DNA from: Minisyncoccota bacterium
Lineage (GTDB): Bacteria > Patescibacteriota > Minisyncoccia > UBA6257 > UBA9933
Length of the DNA: 64,000 nucleotides
Direction of reading: 5' to 3'
NCBI GenBank assembly: GCA_041653755.1
Contig: JBAZEU010000001.1
Location: forward strand, 129,398 to 193,397
Of the stretch, positions 48,847 to 59,021 are shown in pieces (within the stretch, counting starts at the first letter, position 1; every line of letters begins with the position of its first letter). The notes beneath the pieces are model-generated. The model had not been told where the DNA came from. It saw nothing but the letters and a program-made list of their open reading frames with translations, and did not search any database. Made by a program: the position numbers and the translations under genes.

Positions 48847-49617
48847 ATGAACAATATTGAAAAAGGACATCAATTTGAAGCACCGATAGAAGAAAGGGGA
48901 AAAGAACTTCCTTGGGATGCTGAAAAAGAAATTACCAAAGATGATTGGCAGGCAATGAAAAGCGAACTAGAGCATTACAGGAAAATAGGTGGTTGGGGAG
49001 GATTTTCTTCGCAAGCAATGGAAATGAAAATAATTAATCCTGAGATAGATCTTAATCTTGATGAAAAAGACTGGGAAGGAATGAAATGGATGTTAGAATT
49101 TTACAGGAAAAGAGATAGGGATAATAGAGTAGAAGGTAATTTGGAGGATTTTACCAAACAAGCAATGGAAATGAAGATTATTAATTCTGAAACAGAGCTT
49201 AATCTTGATACTAAAACTTGGCAAGGTATGAAAAATGAATTAGAGGGTCACAGGAAAGAAATTGATTTGCTGAGGCATTTTTTACCCAGGCAGGCGATGA
49301 GAATGAAAATCCTTAGCCCCGAGATAGATCTTAACCTTGATGAAAAAGATTGGCAAAAGATGAAAGATGGATTAGAAGACCGTAGAAAACAGGGTAATTG
49401 GTGGGATTTTTGTTCACGGGCAATGGAAATGAAAATTCTTGATCCTGAAGTAGAACTTAACCTTGATGAAAAAGCTTGGCAAGGGATGAAAGATGGATTA
49501 GCTTTTCATAGAAAAGGGCATAATTGGTTGCATTTTTCTCATCAAGCAATGGGGATGAAAATTCTTGCTAGTCCAAGAGTTAAAATCCCTCCAGAAGGAG
49601 GATTAGAAGTGGAGTAG
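48847..49617 (+). CDS. tandem-repeat protein (four ~52-59-aa units)
   Basis: Repeated W..MK..L...RK....F..(Q/R)AM.MKI..PE..LNLD. Confidence 0.75.
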   Translation: MNNIEKGHQFEAPIEERGKELPWDAEKEITKDDWQAMKSELEHYRKIGGWGGFSSQAMEMKIINPEIDLNLDEKDWEGMKWMLEFYRKRDRDNRVEGNLEDFTKQAMEMKIINSETELNLDTKTWQGMKNELEGHRKEIDLLRHFLPRQAMRMKILSPEIDLNLDEKDWQKMKDGLEDRRKQGNWWDFCSRAMEMKILDPEVELNLDEKAWQGMKDGLAFHRKGHNWLHFSHQAMGMKILASPRVKIPPEGGLEVE

Positions 49618-49621
49618 ATAT

Positions 49622-50413
49622 ATGGAAACATTAAGACACGAAAATTCTGAAGAAGAAAAGTTAGCGATAGAAAACCTTTACGAAACAGCAGGGGAACATG
49701 TTGCTGAGTTTTTGCCGCAACTAAAAGAATTATCAAAGGAATTAAACGAGAAAGGTTTTCCGGTAGATGAAAATTGCAGAATAAAAATAGAATCATTTAT
49801 TGGCAAAGAAGGTTTTAGCGAAGAGATGATTCAAAAGGATAGTCAGGCAGCTCTTAGCTTAGAAAAGAAATTTTTGGAACAAGACGGAGATAAAGAAGTT
49901 CAAGAGAAAAACATTGGTGAATTGATGGAGATAATGAAAACCTTAGCTTTCAATAAACATTGGTTTCAAAGCCGCTTAATTGCCTTGAGAACCACTAAAT
50001 TTGATGATTATTTTAGTGGTATAGATGAGATCGTTTTCGATACTGAAACTCACCAACCGCTTGCGGCAATTGACACAACTACAAATCCTCAGGAAAAAGC
50101 TAAGTTGGTGAAAGAGCAAATTAAAAAAGGCGGCAGAGTAAGATATGGCTTTGATACAAAGGATGGTAAAGAAAAATCATTAAAAGATTTACCAACTTTT
50201 ATAATTTCTTTAACAGCGAAGGATCTTTCTAGGATAATAGAAGGCCTTAAAGGGAATGAAGAGTTTGATAAAAATTTTCATTACGAACAACAGATTATTT
50301 GGTCCTTAGGACAACAAAGTATTGCTTTTCAGGCCTTTGTTGATAAAGAAAACCCAGCGGTAAAGGAATCGTACCATAGGGCTGGAAAAATCTTTAAAGG
50401 TTTGATAAGATAA
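49622..50413 (+). CDS. hypothetical protein
   Basis: 263-aa ORF with no recognised family. Confidence 0.6.
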   Translation: METLRHENSEEEKLAIENLYETAGEHVAEFLPQLKELSKELNEKGFPVDENCRIKIESFIGKEGFSEEMIQKDSQAALSLEKKFLEQDGDKEVQEKNIGELMEIMKTLAFNKHWFQSRLIALRTTKFDDYFSGIDEIVFDTETHQPLAAIDTTTNPQEKAKLVKEQIKKGGRVRYGFDTKDGKEKSLKDLPTFIISLTAKDLSRIIEGLKGNEEFDKNFHYEQQIIWSLGQQSIAFQAFVDKENPAVKESYHRAGKIFKGLIR

Positions 50414-50458
50414 GAATCTATAGAAAGCTTAAGGCTTTATATATCAAATAAATTTGCT

Positions 50459-50764
50459 ATGAAAACAGCAGTAATTGAGACCGGCGGAAAGCAATATAAG
50501 GTTTCTGAAGGCCAAAAATTGAAGATTGAAAAACTTGCCGTTGATAAAGACGGCAAAGTTATTTTTGACAAAGTTTTGTTAGTTGCTGACAAAGACACGA
50601 AAATCGGAGGACCATATTTAAAAGGCGAAAAAGTGGAAGCGAAAGTTGTGAGACAAGGGAGAGATAAAAAGAAAATTGTTTTTAGATATCACTCAAAGAC
50701 TCGTTATAGAAAGAAAAAAGGTCACAGACAGCCTTTTACCGAAGTAGAAATAACTAAAGTTTAA
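50459..50764 (+). CDS. rplU: 50S ribosomal protein L21
   Basis: AVIETGGKQYKV, KKGHRQPFT. Confidence 0.97.
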   Translation: MKTAVIETGGKQYKVSEGQKLKIEKLAVDKDGKVIFDKVLLVADKDTKIGGPYLKGEKVEAKVVRQGRDKKKIVFRYHSKTRYRKKKGHRQPFTEVEITKV

Positions 50765-50794
50765 AAAAGAGAACGATTAACCGTTCTCTTTTTT
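50763..50794. terminator. bidirectional terminator
   Basis: A-run GAGAACG/CGTTCTC T-run between convergent rplU and recR. Confidence 0.8.
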
Positions 50795-51416
50795 AAACCC
50801 TTCGGTCTAAGGCTGAACCAAGAGTATCTTCGTCGGCGAATTCTATTTCACCTCCTCGAGGAATTCCTTGGCCTAAACGGGTAATTTTTTTGGCAAACGG
50901 CCTGAGCTCTTGAATAAGCACAAGGGCATTCAGGTCGCCGTAAGAAGTAGGGCTGATTGCCAGAATAATTTCTTCAGCTTGGCCTTGTCCTGAGCTTGCC
51001 GAAGGGCTATTAAATTCTTTTTGGATAAAACTTTTAATATGGTTTAAGCGAAGTTTTTGGATGTTTTCCAGAACGCCGCTTTTTGAAAGTTCGCCTAAAA
51101 TCAAATATATGCCTTTGAATTTTTTTGTTTTTTCCAAAGAAATTTGGTCTGTTTCTTTTTCGACAACAGCGATTATTCTTTTATCTCTTTTTGGATCTTT
51201 GCAAATATCACAGAAATTGCCCGTATTAAGATGGGGAGCGAAGCATTGAGCGCATAATTTTAATGACTTTAAATTATTAATCGCTCTGGCAGTGTCGTCA
51301 AGTTTATCTTTTCCGCTATTTATAAAATAAAAAGCCAAGCGCGTAGCTTGTCTTGGGCCAACGCCAGGCAACTTAGAAAAAATTTCTATGAATTTTTCGA
51401 TGGGAGATGGAAGCAT
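50793..51416 (-). CDS. recR: recombination mediator RecR
   Basis: LPGVGPRQA.R, C4 zinc finger, GIP.GGEIEFAD. Confidence 0.95.
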   Translation of the reverse strand: MLPSPIEKFIEIFSKLPGVGPRQATRLAFYFINSGKDKLDDTARAINNLKSLKLCAQCFAPHLNTGNFCDICKDPKRDKRIIAVVEKETDQISLEKTKKFKGIYLILGELSKSGVLENIQKLRLNHIKSFIQKEFNSPSASSGQGQAEEIILAISPTSYGDLNALVLIQELRPFAKKITRLGQGIPRGGEIEFADEDTLGSALDRRV

Positions 51417-51417
51417 T

Positions 51418-52761
51418 CTATTCGTTTTCTACTTGATGTGTTTTATCAAGAGACACAAAACTTACTTTTTCAGCATCAAATTTTAATTTAACGGTACCCA
51501 AAGGACCGTTTCTGTGTTTGGAAACGAGAATTTCGGCCATGTTTTGTTCTTCAAGCGGGACATCAAGTCGGTCCCTATCTTTCCTGTAAATGAATAGAAC
51601 CACATCAGCATCTTGTTCGATAGAACCGGAGTCCCTAAGATCGGACAATCGAGGAATTTTTACTTCACGTTGGTCAACAGATCGAGAAAGCTGTGACAAT
51701 GCTAAGACAGGAGTATTCAATTCACGGGCCAAGCCCTTTAATCCTCGGCTTATTTCAGTTATTTGTTGGACCATATTTTCAGAATTGGTTCTGGGTTGAA
51801 TAAGTTGGAGATAGTCAACAACCAGCAAGCTTAATCCATGTTCTATCTGTAAGCGTCTTGCCATTGATCTCATTTCTAAGATATTCGGTGATGGCGTATC
51901 GTCTATAAAAAGAGGCGCTTTGGAAAGGCGATCTAAGGCCTCTTGGATCATTTCAAACTCTATATCGTCTGTCAGGCGGCCTGTTCTTAGCTTCCAGAGG
52001 GGTATTCCGGCTTCAGCGGCGATTAAACGGTCAACAACTTGCTCCCGGGACATTTCAAGAGAAAAGACGCCAACAGGCAGATTTTCTTTAACCGCAACAT
52101 TTCTGGCGATATCTAAGGCAAGGGCAGTTTTTCCCAATGAAGGTCTGGCGCCCAAAATAATCAAATCGGATTTTTGAAAACCGGAAAGAATACTGTCTAA
52201 TTCTTCGAAGCTGGTCGGAACTCCGCGAATTCTTTTTTCTCCTTGATGAAGTTTTTCGATTCTTTCATAAGCGTCTTTAAGATCTTCTTTAATTGGAGAA
52301 AAATGACTGCTGGTTGACGCTTGAGAAATGGCAAATATTTTTTTCTCAACTTCATCTAAAAATTCATCAGCTTCTTTGTCGGTGGAAAAAGCTTGTTCAT
52401 TTATCGAAGCAGAAGTGATAATTAATTCTCTGAAAACACTTTTGTGTTTTATAACTTCAGCGTAATGATTAATGTGGGCAGTGGTGGGAACTCCGTTTAT
52501 CAAATCGGTAAGGTATGATGATCCGCCGACATCGGCTAATTCTTTCTTTTCTTTTAAACGGGAAGTAACGCTTAAAATATCGATCGGTTTTCCTTTTGAA
52601 AATAAATCGATAATAATTTCAAAGATTCTTTGATGTTCCGGTTTATAGAAATCTTTCGGTGATAAAGAATCCGCTACTTTTATTATAGCGTTTGGTTCAA
52701 GCATCAATGCTCCTAAAACAGATTTTTCTGCGTCAATATCTTGTGGCGGAAGTTTTACCAT
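51418..52761 (-). CDS. dnaB: replicative DNA helicase
   Basis: PPQDIDAE, ARPSLGKT, FSLEM, DYLQL, DLRDSGSIEQDAD. Confidence 0.97.
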   Translation of the reverse strand: MVKLPPQDIDAEKSVLGALMLEPNAIIKVADSLSPKDFYKPEHQRIFEIIIDLFSKGKPIDILSVTSRLKEKKELADVGGSSYLTDLINGVPTTAHINHYAEVIKHKSVFRELIITSASINEQAFSTDKEADEFLDEVEKKIFAISQASTSSHFSPIKEDLKDAYERIEKLHQGEKRIRGVPTSFEELDSILSGFQKSDLIILGARPSLGKTALALDIARNVAVKENLPVGVFSLEMSREQVVDRLIAAEAGIPLWKLRTGRLTDDIEFEMIQEALDRLSKAPLFIDDTPSPNILEMRSMARRLQIEHGLSLLVVDYLQLIQPRTNSENMVQQITEISRGLKGLARELNTPVLALSQLSRSVDQREVKIPRLSDLRDSGSIEQDADVVLFIYRKDRDRLDVPLEEQNMAEILVSKHRNGPLGTVKLKFDAEKVSFVSLDKTHQVENE

Positions 52762-52769
52762 GCCTTTAT

Positions 52770-52893
52770 AAAATCCTAAGTCCTAATATCTAAATCCTAA
52801 ACAAATCTTAATTACCGAATGACCAAAACCCGTTTTTAGAACATTTGAATTTTGGCTATTATTTAGAAATTAGAGTTTAGAAATTAGAAATTT
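52770..52893 (-). repeat. gene-less inverted heptamer-array element (MITE-like), same family as 38585-38702
   Basis: On the minus strand the right arm is 31/34 identical to that of the rplJ/rplL copy. Confidence 0.8.
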
Positions 52894-54325
52894 TTAATAA
52901 TAGTGGTCCTAGCGGTGTATCTTCTACACTATATCCTAACTTTTCTATTTTATTTCTCAATAGGTCAGCTGGGATAAACTGTTTATCCTTTCTTAATAAA
53001 TCACGCTTTTTTGCCAAATCCTTCACTTTTTTAGGTATTTTAAGCAGTTCCAATCTAATGCCTAATATGTCTAATTTAGCTTTAATTAGCTTGGTTATTG
53101 CTTTAGCTTGGTCTTTATCAAATTGCCAGATTTGATTTTGCCAGGAAGAAATCATGTCAAAAATTACCGACAAGGCCTTTGGAGTATTAAAATCGTTTTC
53201 TAAGGCTTCGGTGAAATTGCTGTCAAGAACTTCAATTAATTTATTTATTTCGAAAGAAGAACTTTTTTTATTGTTGGCGAGAATAATCAAATGCAATTTT
53301 CCTAAAAATTCTTTTATATTCTGAAGAGAATTTTTTGTTTGAAGAATTAGTTCGTCGGTGTAATTAATGGGGGATCGGTAATGGGATGATAAAATCAGCA
53401 TTCTTAAAACAGCCGGAGAATTATTTTTTAGGAAATCAGAGATTGAAATAAAATTTTTCAAACTTTTGGACATTTTTTTGTCATCAACCAAAAGAAAACC
53501 GGTGTGCATCCAAATTTTCACAAAAGGCTTTTTACCGGAAGCAGATTCCATCTGGGCGATTTCTGATTCGTGGTGAGGAAATTTTAAATCCATTCCGCCT
53601 CCATGAATATCGTATTGAGGACCAAAAAACTTCTCGGCAATAGCCGTGTCTTCAATATGCCAGCCGGGGCGGCCCCAGCCCCAAGGCGATTGCCACATTG
53701 GTTCGCCATCTAAAATTTGAAATTTTGATTTTTGATTTTGTTTAGAGTTTAGGGTTTGGGATTTAGGATTTGATTTCTTCCAGAGGGAGAAATCCAGCGG
53801 ATCTTTTTTCTGCGGATCTGGTTCAATACGCCAGCCGGGCCTCAATTGGTCTAGCGATTGCTTGGAAAGCTTGCCATAACTCTTAGCCTTTTTTACTTCA
53901 AAATATATTCCATTATCGGTTTCATAAGCAAAATATTTCTTTAGAAGGGTAGCAATTTGTTTTTGAATTTGTGGGATGTGATCGGTTGCCCGGGCATATT
54001 TATCTACTGAATCAATGCCAATTTTCTTCATTATTTTTTTGTATTCGGCCTCAAAGAACTTGGCTAATTCTAAAGGATTTTTATTGGTTTCTTTCGCGCG
54101 TTCAATAATTTTATCGTCGACATCGGTAATGTTTTGGAGGTAAAAAACCTTTATTTTTTGCGACCTTAAAAAACGAACAAAAGTGTCAAAAACAATATAG
54201 GTTCTGGCGTGACCAATATGAGGAAAATCATAAACAGTTGGTCCGCAGACGAATAATCTTAAAAAGCCCTTTTTGGGGAGTTCAAGGACTTGTTTTTTAT
54301 TAGAAAGAGTGTCGAGAATTTCCAT
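52877..54325 (-). CDS. cysS: cysteine--tRNA ligase
   Basis: CGPTVY, HIGH, GRPGWHIE, FPHHE, KMSKS. Confidence 0.97.
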   Translation of the reverse strand: MEILDTLSNKKQVLELPKKGFLRLFVCGPTVYDFPHIGHARTYIVFDTFVRFLRSQKIKVFYLQNITDVDDKIIERAKETNKNPLELAKFFEAEYKKIMKKIGIDSVDKYARATDHIPQIQKQIATLLKKYFAYETDNGIYFEVKKAKSYGKLSKQSLDQLRPGWRIEPDPQKKDPLDFSLWKKSNPKSQTLNSKQNQKSKFQILDGEPMWQSPWGWGRPGWHIEDTAIAEKFFGPQYDIHGGGMDLKFPHHESEIAQMESASGKKPFVKIWMHTGFLLVDDKKMSKSLKNFISISDFLKNNSPAVLRMLILSSHYRSPINYTDELILQTKNSLQNIKEFLGKLHLIILANNKKSSSFEINKLIEVLDSNFTEALENDFNTPKALSVIFDMISSWQNQIWQFDKDQAKAITKLIKAKLDILGIRLELLKIPKKVKDLAKKRDLLRKDKQFIPADLLRNKIEKLGYSVEDTPLGPLLLKISNF

Positions 54326-54339
54326 TGCAGAAAGTTATT

Positions 54340-55260
54340 CTAAAACCAACCCTTTTTCTTGAAGAAATTTAGAATCAGTAGGGTTAAGACAATTACCGCT
54401 CCGAATTCGATCCAGAAATCAGAAATAATGTTATTTGTTAAAAGAGGTTTCATTATTATCCCGGCTTGATAAACGCTTGTTAAAAGCACCAAAGGAAAAG
54501 TAAGAAAAGCCAATATTGTGATTCTTTGCGCTATAGAATTTATTTTTGTATTTAACAGCTGAGCGTTAGTTTCTTCGAATGATCCAATAGTTTCTTTGTA
54601 GTTAATACAATATTGAAGAACTCTCAAATAATCTCCTTCAAGATCAGAAAAATAAATTTGAATTTCCGGACCCCAGAAATTAGGCCCAACAATCGTTAGT
54701 GATTTAAAAACACTTTGTTGTGGTTGAAAGGACAAGTAAAAACTTAAAAGATCTCTTTTAACATAAGAAATATCTTCAAGCATTTTTCTCTCGTTGCCTG
54801 AAAAAAGTTCTTTCCTAATATTTTCTACTTTTTCATCAATGTGCCTTAATTGTTGGAAAGCATATGTTAGGCAATAGCCCATAAGATTATAAAGAAGACG
54901 GGCAGTGGTTCCTCCCAATGCTCTGCTTTTATAAGGTTCATCTCTATCCAACTTATCGGCAAATGAATCTATTGGCTCTAATCTTTCATAAGAAACAGAA
55001 ATCACTGTTTCTTTAGTTATGATAAAATCAACTTCTCCGCGTCTGCAGGTTCTTTGATCGTGATCATAAACTGGAAGATGATAAATAAAATAAAGATAAG
55101 AATCATCTCTTTCAACTTTTGATCTTACAGAAGGATGAAGCAATTCTTCCAATATAATCGGGTGGATAGAAAATTCTTCAGCCAGAAACTGGAGATCTTT
55201 AAGGGTTGGTTTTACGATATTCACCCATGTGACAGCGCCTTTTTTTATTTTTGCAGCCAT
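54340..55260 (-). CDS. CorA family divalent cation transporter
   Basis: IHP..LEE, long stalk helix, two C-terminal TMs; canonical GMN motif not seen. Confidence 0.75.
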   Translation of the reverse strand: MAAKIKKGAVTWVNIVKPTLKDLQFLAEEFSIHPIILEELLHPSVRSKVERDDSYLYFIYHLPVYDHDQRTCRRGEVDFIITKETVISVSYERLEPIDSFADKLDRDEPYKSRALGGTTARLLYNLMGYCLTYAFQQLRHIDEKVENIRKELFSGNERKMLEDISYVKRDLLSFYLSFQPQQSVFKSLTIVGPNFWGPEIQIYFSDLEGDYLRVLQYCINYKETIGSFEETNAQLLNTKINSIAQRITILAFLTFPLVLLTSVYQAGIIMKPLLTNNIISDFWIEFGAVIVLTLLILNFFKKKGWF

Positions 55261-55330
55261 ATTAGTTTAATAATAATAGAATATATGTTTGAAAGCAACA
55301 ATGGATTGAGGTAAGATAAAGCTACTATTT

Positions 55331-55594
55331 ATGTCGATTATAAAGAAGAAAATTTCGCCGGAATATTTTAACCTCATATCTTCTGGAAAGAAGAACTTCG
55401 AGGTTAGGCTGGCTGATTTTGACATCAAAGAAGGAGATACTTTGGTGTTGGAAGAGTGGGATCCAGAAACTAAACAATATACTGGTAGAAAAATAGAGAA
55501 GAAAGCAACTTATATCTATAAATTTAATCTCAACGACTTCGGGCAGGCAGAACAGATCAAAAAAGACGGCTTGTTTGTTATTCGGCTTGATTAA
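55331..55594 (+). CDS. ASCH/PUA-like (DUF3850-like) protein
   Basis: PEYF..I.SGKK.FEVR.......GD.L.L.EW. Confidence 0.8.
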   Translation: MSIIKKKISPEYFNLISSGKKNFEVRLADFDIKEGDTLVLEEWDPETKQYTGRKIEKKATYIYKFNLNDFGQAEQIKKDGLFVIRLD

Positions 55595-55641
55595 AAGCTC
55601 TTGACTCTCTCTCAAAAACCGCTAAAATAGTGGTATTACTA

Positions 55642-56142
55642 ATGGATATTCAAGATAAAAATTCGATTCCCGAAGAACAATCATCGGTTCCTGAACCAGA
55701 GATAAATGAGAAAATACAAACAAAGGAAGAGGAGTATCTTGATGGTTGGAAAAGAGCAAAAGCAGAACTTCTTAATTATAAAAAAGACGAAGCAAAAAGA
55801 TTTGAATCAATAATCAGATTTTCTAACGAGTCGCTAGTGAAAGAATTATTGTCGGTTCTTGATAGCTTTGATTTAGCAGAGAATTCTTTTGGAGAGGACG
55901 CAAAAGCTCAAAAAGGTTTCTATCTTATCAAAAGCCAGCTTGAAGATGTTTTGAAAAGAAACGGTGTGGAAAAAATTAAAATAGAAATTGGTGAAACGTT
56001 TAATCCGGAATTTCATGAAGCGGTTGCGAATGTTGATTCAGATCAGCCGACTGATTCAATAATTGAAGAAATAGAGTCGGGCTATATCTTAAATGGAAAG
56101 ATTATAAGGCCAGCGAGAGTAAAAGTATCAAAAGGTCATTAA
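55642..56142 (+). CDS. grpE: nucleotide exchange factor GrpE
   Basis: RAKAELLNY, FNPEFHEAV, GY.LNG.IIRPARV.V. Confidence 0.95.
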   Translation: MDIQDKNSIPEEQSSVPEPEINEKIQTKEEEYLDGWKRAKAELLNYKKDEAKRFESIIRFSNESLVKELLSVLDSFDLAENSFGEDAKAQKGFYLIKSQLEDVLKRNGVEKIKIEIGETFNPEFHEAVANVDSDQPTDSIIEEIESGYILNGKIIRPARVKVSKGH

Positions 56143-56159
56143 ATTAAATTTTTAAAAAT

Positions 56160-58043
56160 ATGTCAAAAATTATTGGAATCGATTTAGGAACAACTAATTC
56201 GGAAATCGCTATCGTCGAAGGAGGAGAACCAAAAATCTTGGAAAACCAGGAAGGAACACGGCTTACTCCATCAATAGTCGCAGTTACTAAGAATAACGAA
56301 AGAGTTGTCGGAGTTTTGGCCAAGCGTCAGGCGGTGGTTAATCCTAAAAATACTATTTTTTCCGTAAAGCGTCTTATCGGCCGCCGATTTTCTGACGCTG
56401 AAGTTCAGCGTGATAAAGCATGGCTGCCGTTTGATATTCAGCAATCTTCAGCCGGCGGAGTTGAAATTAAAATGGGTGATCGTTGGTATAAGCCGGAAGA
56501 AATTTCCGCGATGGTTTTAGGAAAATTAAAAGCTGATGCTGAAGCGAAATTAGGAGAAAAAGTGGAAGAAGCGGTGATTACCGTGCCAGCTTATTTTGAT
56601 GATACCCAAAGACAAGCCACTAAAAACGCAGGAGAAATCGCCGGCTTGAAAGTACGGCTGATTTTAAACGAACCTACCGCTGCTGCCTTAGCTTATGGAT
56701 TGAACAAAAAGAAAAATGAGCAAATCGTTGTTTATGATTTCGGCGGCGGAACATTTGATATTTCTATCCTTGAGGTTTCTGAAGATACGGTTCAGGTTAT
56801 TGCTACCGGCGGCGATACTCATTTGGGTGGAGATGATTTTGATAAAAGAATTGTTGAATATTTAATCAGTGAATATAAAAAACAGGAGGGGATCGATATT
56901 TCCAAAGATCCTTTAGCGCTTCAACGATTAAAAGAAGGAGCGGAACGCGCCAAACACGAACTTTCAACCGCGATAGAAAGTGAAATTAACTTGCCTTATA
57001 TCACCTCCGACGCTTCCGGCCCGAAACACTTTTTGATGAAATTAACCAGAGCTAAACTTGAAGAATTAATTCGCGAGTTGGTTCAAAAATCGATTGATTT
57101 GGTAAAGAAAACTTTAGATGAAGCAAAATTAAAACCTGAAGACATTGAAGAAGTTGTTTTAGTCGGAGGACAAACTAGAATGCCTTTAATTCAGGAAGAA
57201 GTTAAAAAACTTTTTAACAAAGAACCTCATAAGGGAATTAACCCGGACGAAGTGGTAGCTTCAGGTGCGGCGATTCAGGCCGGAATTTTTCAGGGAGACG
57301 TAAAAGATATTTTGCTTTTGGATGTAACGCCTTTGTCTTTGGGAATTGAAACATTGGGAGGAGTGAATACGGTGCAGATTGAAAAAAATACCACCGTTCC
57401 TACCGCCAAAACGCAAATTTTTTCAACAGCGGCCGATAATCAAACTTCTGTTGAGGTTCATGTGCTTCAAGGCGAAAGGCCAATGGCCTCCGATAACAGA
57501 ACTTTAGCAAGGTTTATTTTAGACGGCATTCCGCCATCTCCCCGGGGTATTCCGCAGGTTGAGGTAGCTTTTGACATTGACGCTAATGGAATTTTAACGG
57601 TTTCAGCCAAAGATAAGGCAACCGGCAAGAGCCAGCAAGTTAAGATCGAGGCTTCAACCGCTTTATCAAAAGAAGAAATAGAAAAATTAAAACAAGAAGC
57701 AAAAATTCACGAAGAGGAAGATAGAAAGAAAAAAGATACGGTTGAAGTCAAAAATCAAGCTGAACAATCAATTTATATAGCTGAAAAATCTTTGAGAGAC
57801 GCCGGCGACAAAGTCACTCAAGAAGTTAAAGACGCTGTTAACCAAAAAATCGAAGAATTGAAAAAAGTAAAAGATGGCAGTGATGTTGATGCGATAAAGT
57901 CAGCTGTCTCTAATTTGTCTTTGGAACTTCAAAAAATCGGCCAGGCAATGTATCATAAAGAAGAGCCGCCGAAGACAGAAGAACCGCCTAAGCAAGAACC
58001 GCCGAAAGAAGAACCCGGCAGCGGAACACCTAATCAACAATAA
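56160..58043 (+). CDS. dnaK: chaperone DnaK
   Basis: [44 protein letters not shown]. Confidence 0.97.
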   Translation: MSKIIGIDLGTTNSEIAIVEGGEPKILENQEGTRLTPSIVAVTKNNERVVGVLAKRQAVVNPKNTIFSVKRLIGRRFSDAEVQRDKAWLPFDIQQSSAGGVEIKMGDRWYKPEEISAMVLGKLKADAEAKLGEKVEEAVITVPAYFDDTQRQATKNAGEIAGLKVRLILNEPTAAALAYGLNKKKNEQIVVYDFGGGTFDISILEVSEDTVQVIATGGDTHLGGDDFDKRIVEYLISEYKKQEGIDISKDPLALQRLKEGAERAKHELSTAIESEINLPYITSDASGPKHFLMKLTRAKLEELIRELVQKSIDLVKKTLDEAKLKPEDIEEVVLVGGQTRMPLIQEEVKKLFNKEPHKGINPDEVVASGAAIQAGIFQGDVKDILLLDVTPLSLGIETLGGVNTVQIEKNTTVPTAKTQIFSTAADNQTSVEVHVLQGERPMASDNRTLARFILDGIPPSPRGIPQVEVAFDIDANGILTVSAKDKATGKSQQVKIEASTALSKEEIEKLKQEAKIHEEEDRKKKDTVEVKNQAEQSIYIAEKSLRDAGDKVTQEVKDAVNQKIEELKKVKDGSDVDAIKSAVSNLSLELQKIGQAMYHKEEPPKTEEPPKQEPPKEEPGSGTPNQQ

Positions 58044-58048
58044 TTTTA

Positions 58049-59020
58049 ATGGCAACCTTAATCAGCGAAAATCATAGGTTTGATAGTCCTACTATTAAGA
58101 TTATCTTTTTAGCGATTCTTGGAATCATCTCAATTTATTCTTTCGGTCATTATTTAAGTTTAACTTTTAATTCGACGATTGAAAGCCGGATGATGATGTT
58201 TGCGTTTATTGCCGCTGCTTTTTATTTGATTTTTTTCTTTTTCCAGGCAATCTTCGTAAGGTCCACTTGGGAAGGGAATCTGATTATTTTATTGGAAGCG
58301 ATTACTTTCGCTCTTGCTTTCCGCAATCATCTTTCGAAACCAATTCTTTTAGCTTTTGTTTTATTCTTTTTAGTTTTAATGGTTGGCAGATTTTCCGTGA
58401 AAAGAGAGATTGAGAATCATCTACGGTTATCGTTCCTTCGGGTCAATCGTTTAGCTTTTAGTTACGCGGTTACCGCAATGTCAATATTCTTAGCTATATT
58501 CGTGGGAGTTCTTTTTATGAGTTCTTCCATCGGTTTAGAAAAAATTTTAAGCCCAATAACAAACTTAACCGCTAAGATGCTGCCGGGGTCCAATTCGTCT
58601 AATCTTTCGACTAATTTAATAAGTTCAATGGTTCGCCAGCAATTGGATCAGGATCCAAAGTTTAAGGATTTATCTGAAACGCAGAAAAATCTGGTGATAA
58701 CTCAGGCGCTAGGCGAATTTGAAAAACAGATGGGCATGAGTTCAGCTAAAGATAATAAAAGCGCCAGTACAGGCGAATCATCGCTTATCGGAGGATTATT
58801 CAAGGGGCTGAATGATTTTTTTGCCAATATGGATGAACGAACAAAAATGTTGGTTGCCATAATTATTGCTATTTTAGTTTTTGGAATTATCAAAGCGGTG
58901 TTGGCCATTTTCAGCTGGCCTGTCACTTTTATCGCATTTTTACTATACGAATTGCTTTTAGCCACAAATTTTGCTAAAATTTCTCTCGAACAAAAAGAAA
59001 AAGAAGTGCTTAACCTGTAG
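58049..59020 (+). CDS. hypothetical multi-pass membrane protein
   Basis: About 6-7 hydrophobic helices. Confidence 0.7.
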   Translation: MATLISENHRFDSPTIKIIFLAILGIISIYSFGHYLSLTFNSTIESRMMMFAFIAAAFYLIFFFFQAIFVRSTWEGNLIILLEAITFALAFRNHLSKPILLAFVLFFLVLMVGRFSVKREIENHLRLSFLRVNRLAFSYAVTAMSIFLAIFVGVLFMSSSIGLEKILSPITNLTAKMLPGSNSSNLSTNLISSMVRQQLDQDPKFKDLSETQKNLVITQALGEFEKQMGMSSAKDNKSASTGESSLIGGLFKGLNDFFANMDERTKMLVAIIIAILVFGIIKAVLAIFSWPVTFIAFLLYELLLATNFAKISLEQKEKEVLNL

Positions 59021-59021
59021 G

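Noticed and set aside
57960-58017. EEPPK-type tandem repeat at the DnaK C-terminus
   Set aside because: Codon-phase low-complexity tail typical of disordered DnaK ends; not 7-periodic.
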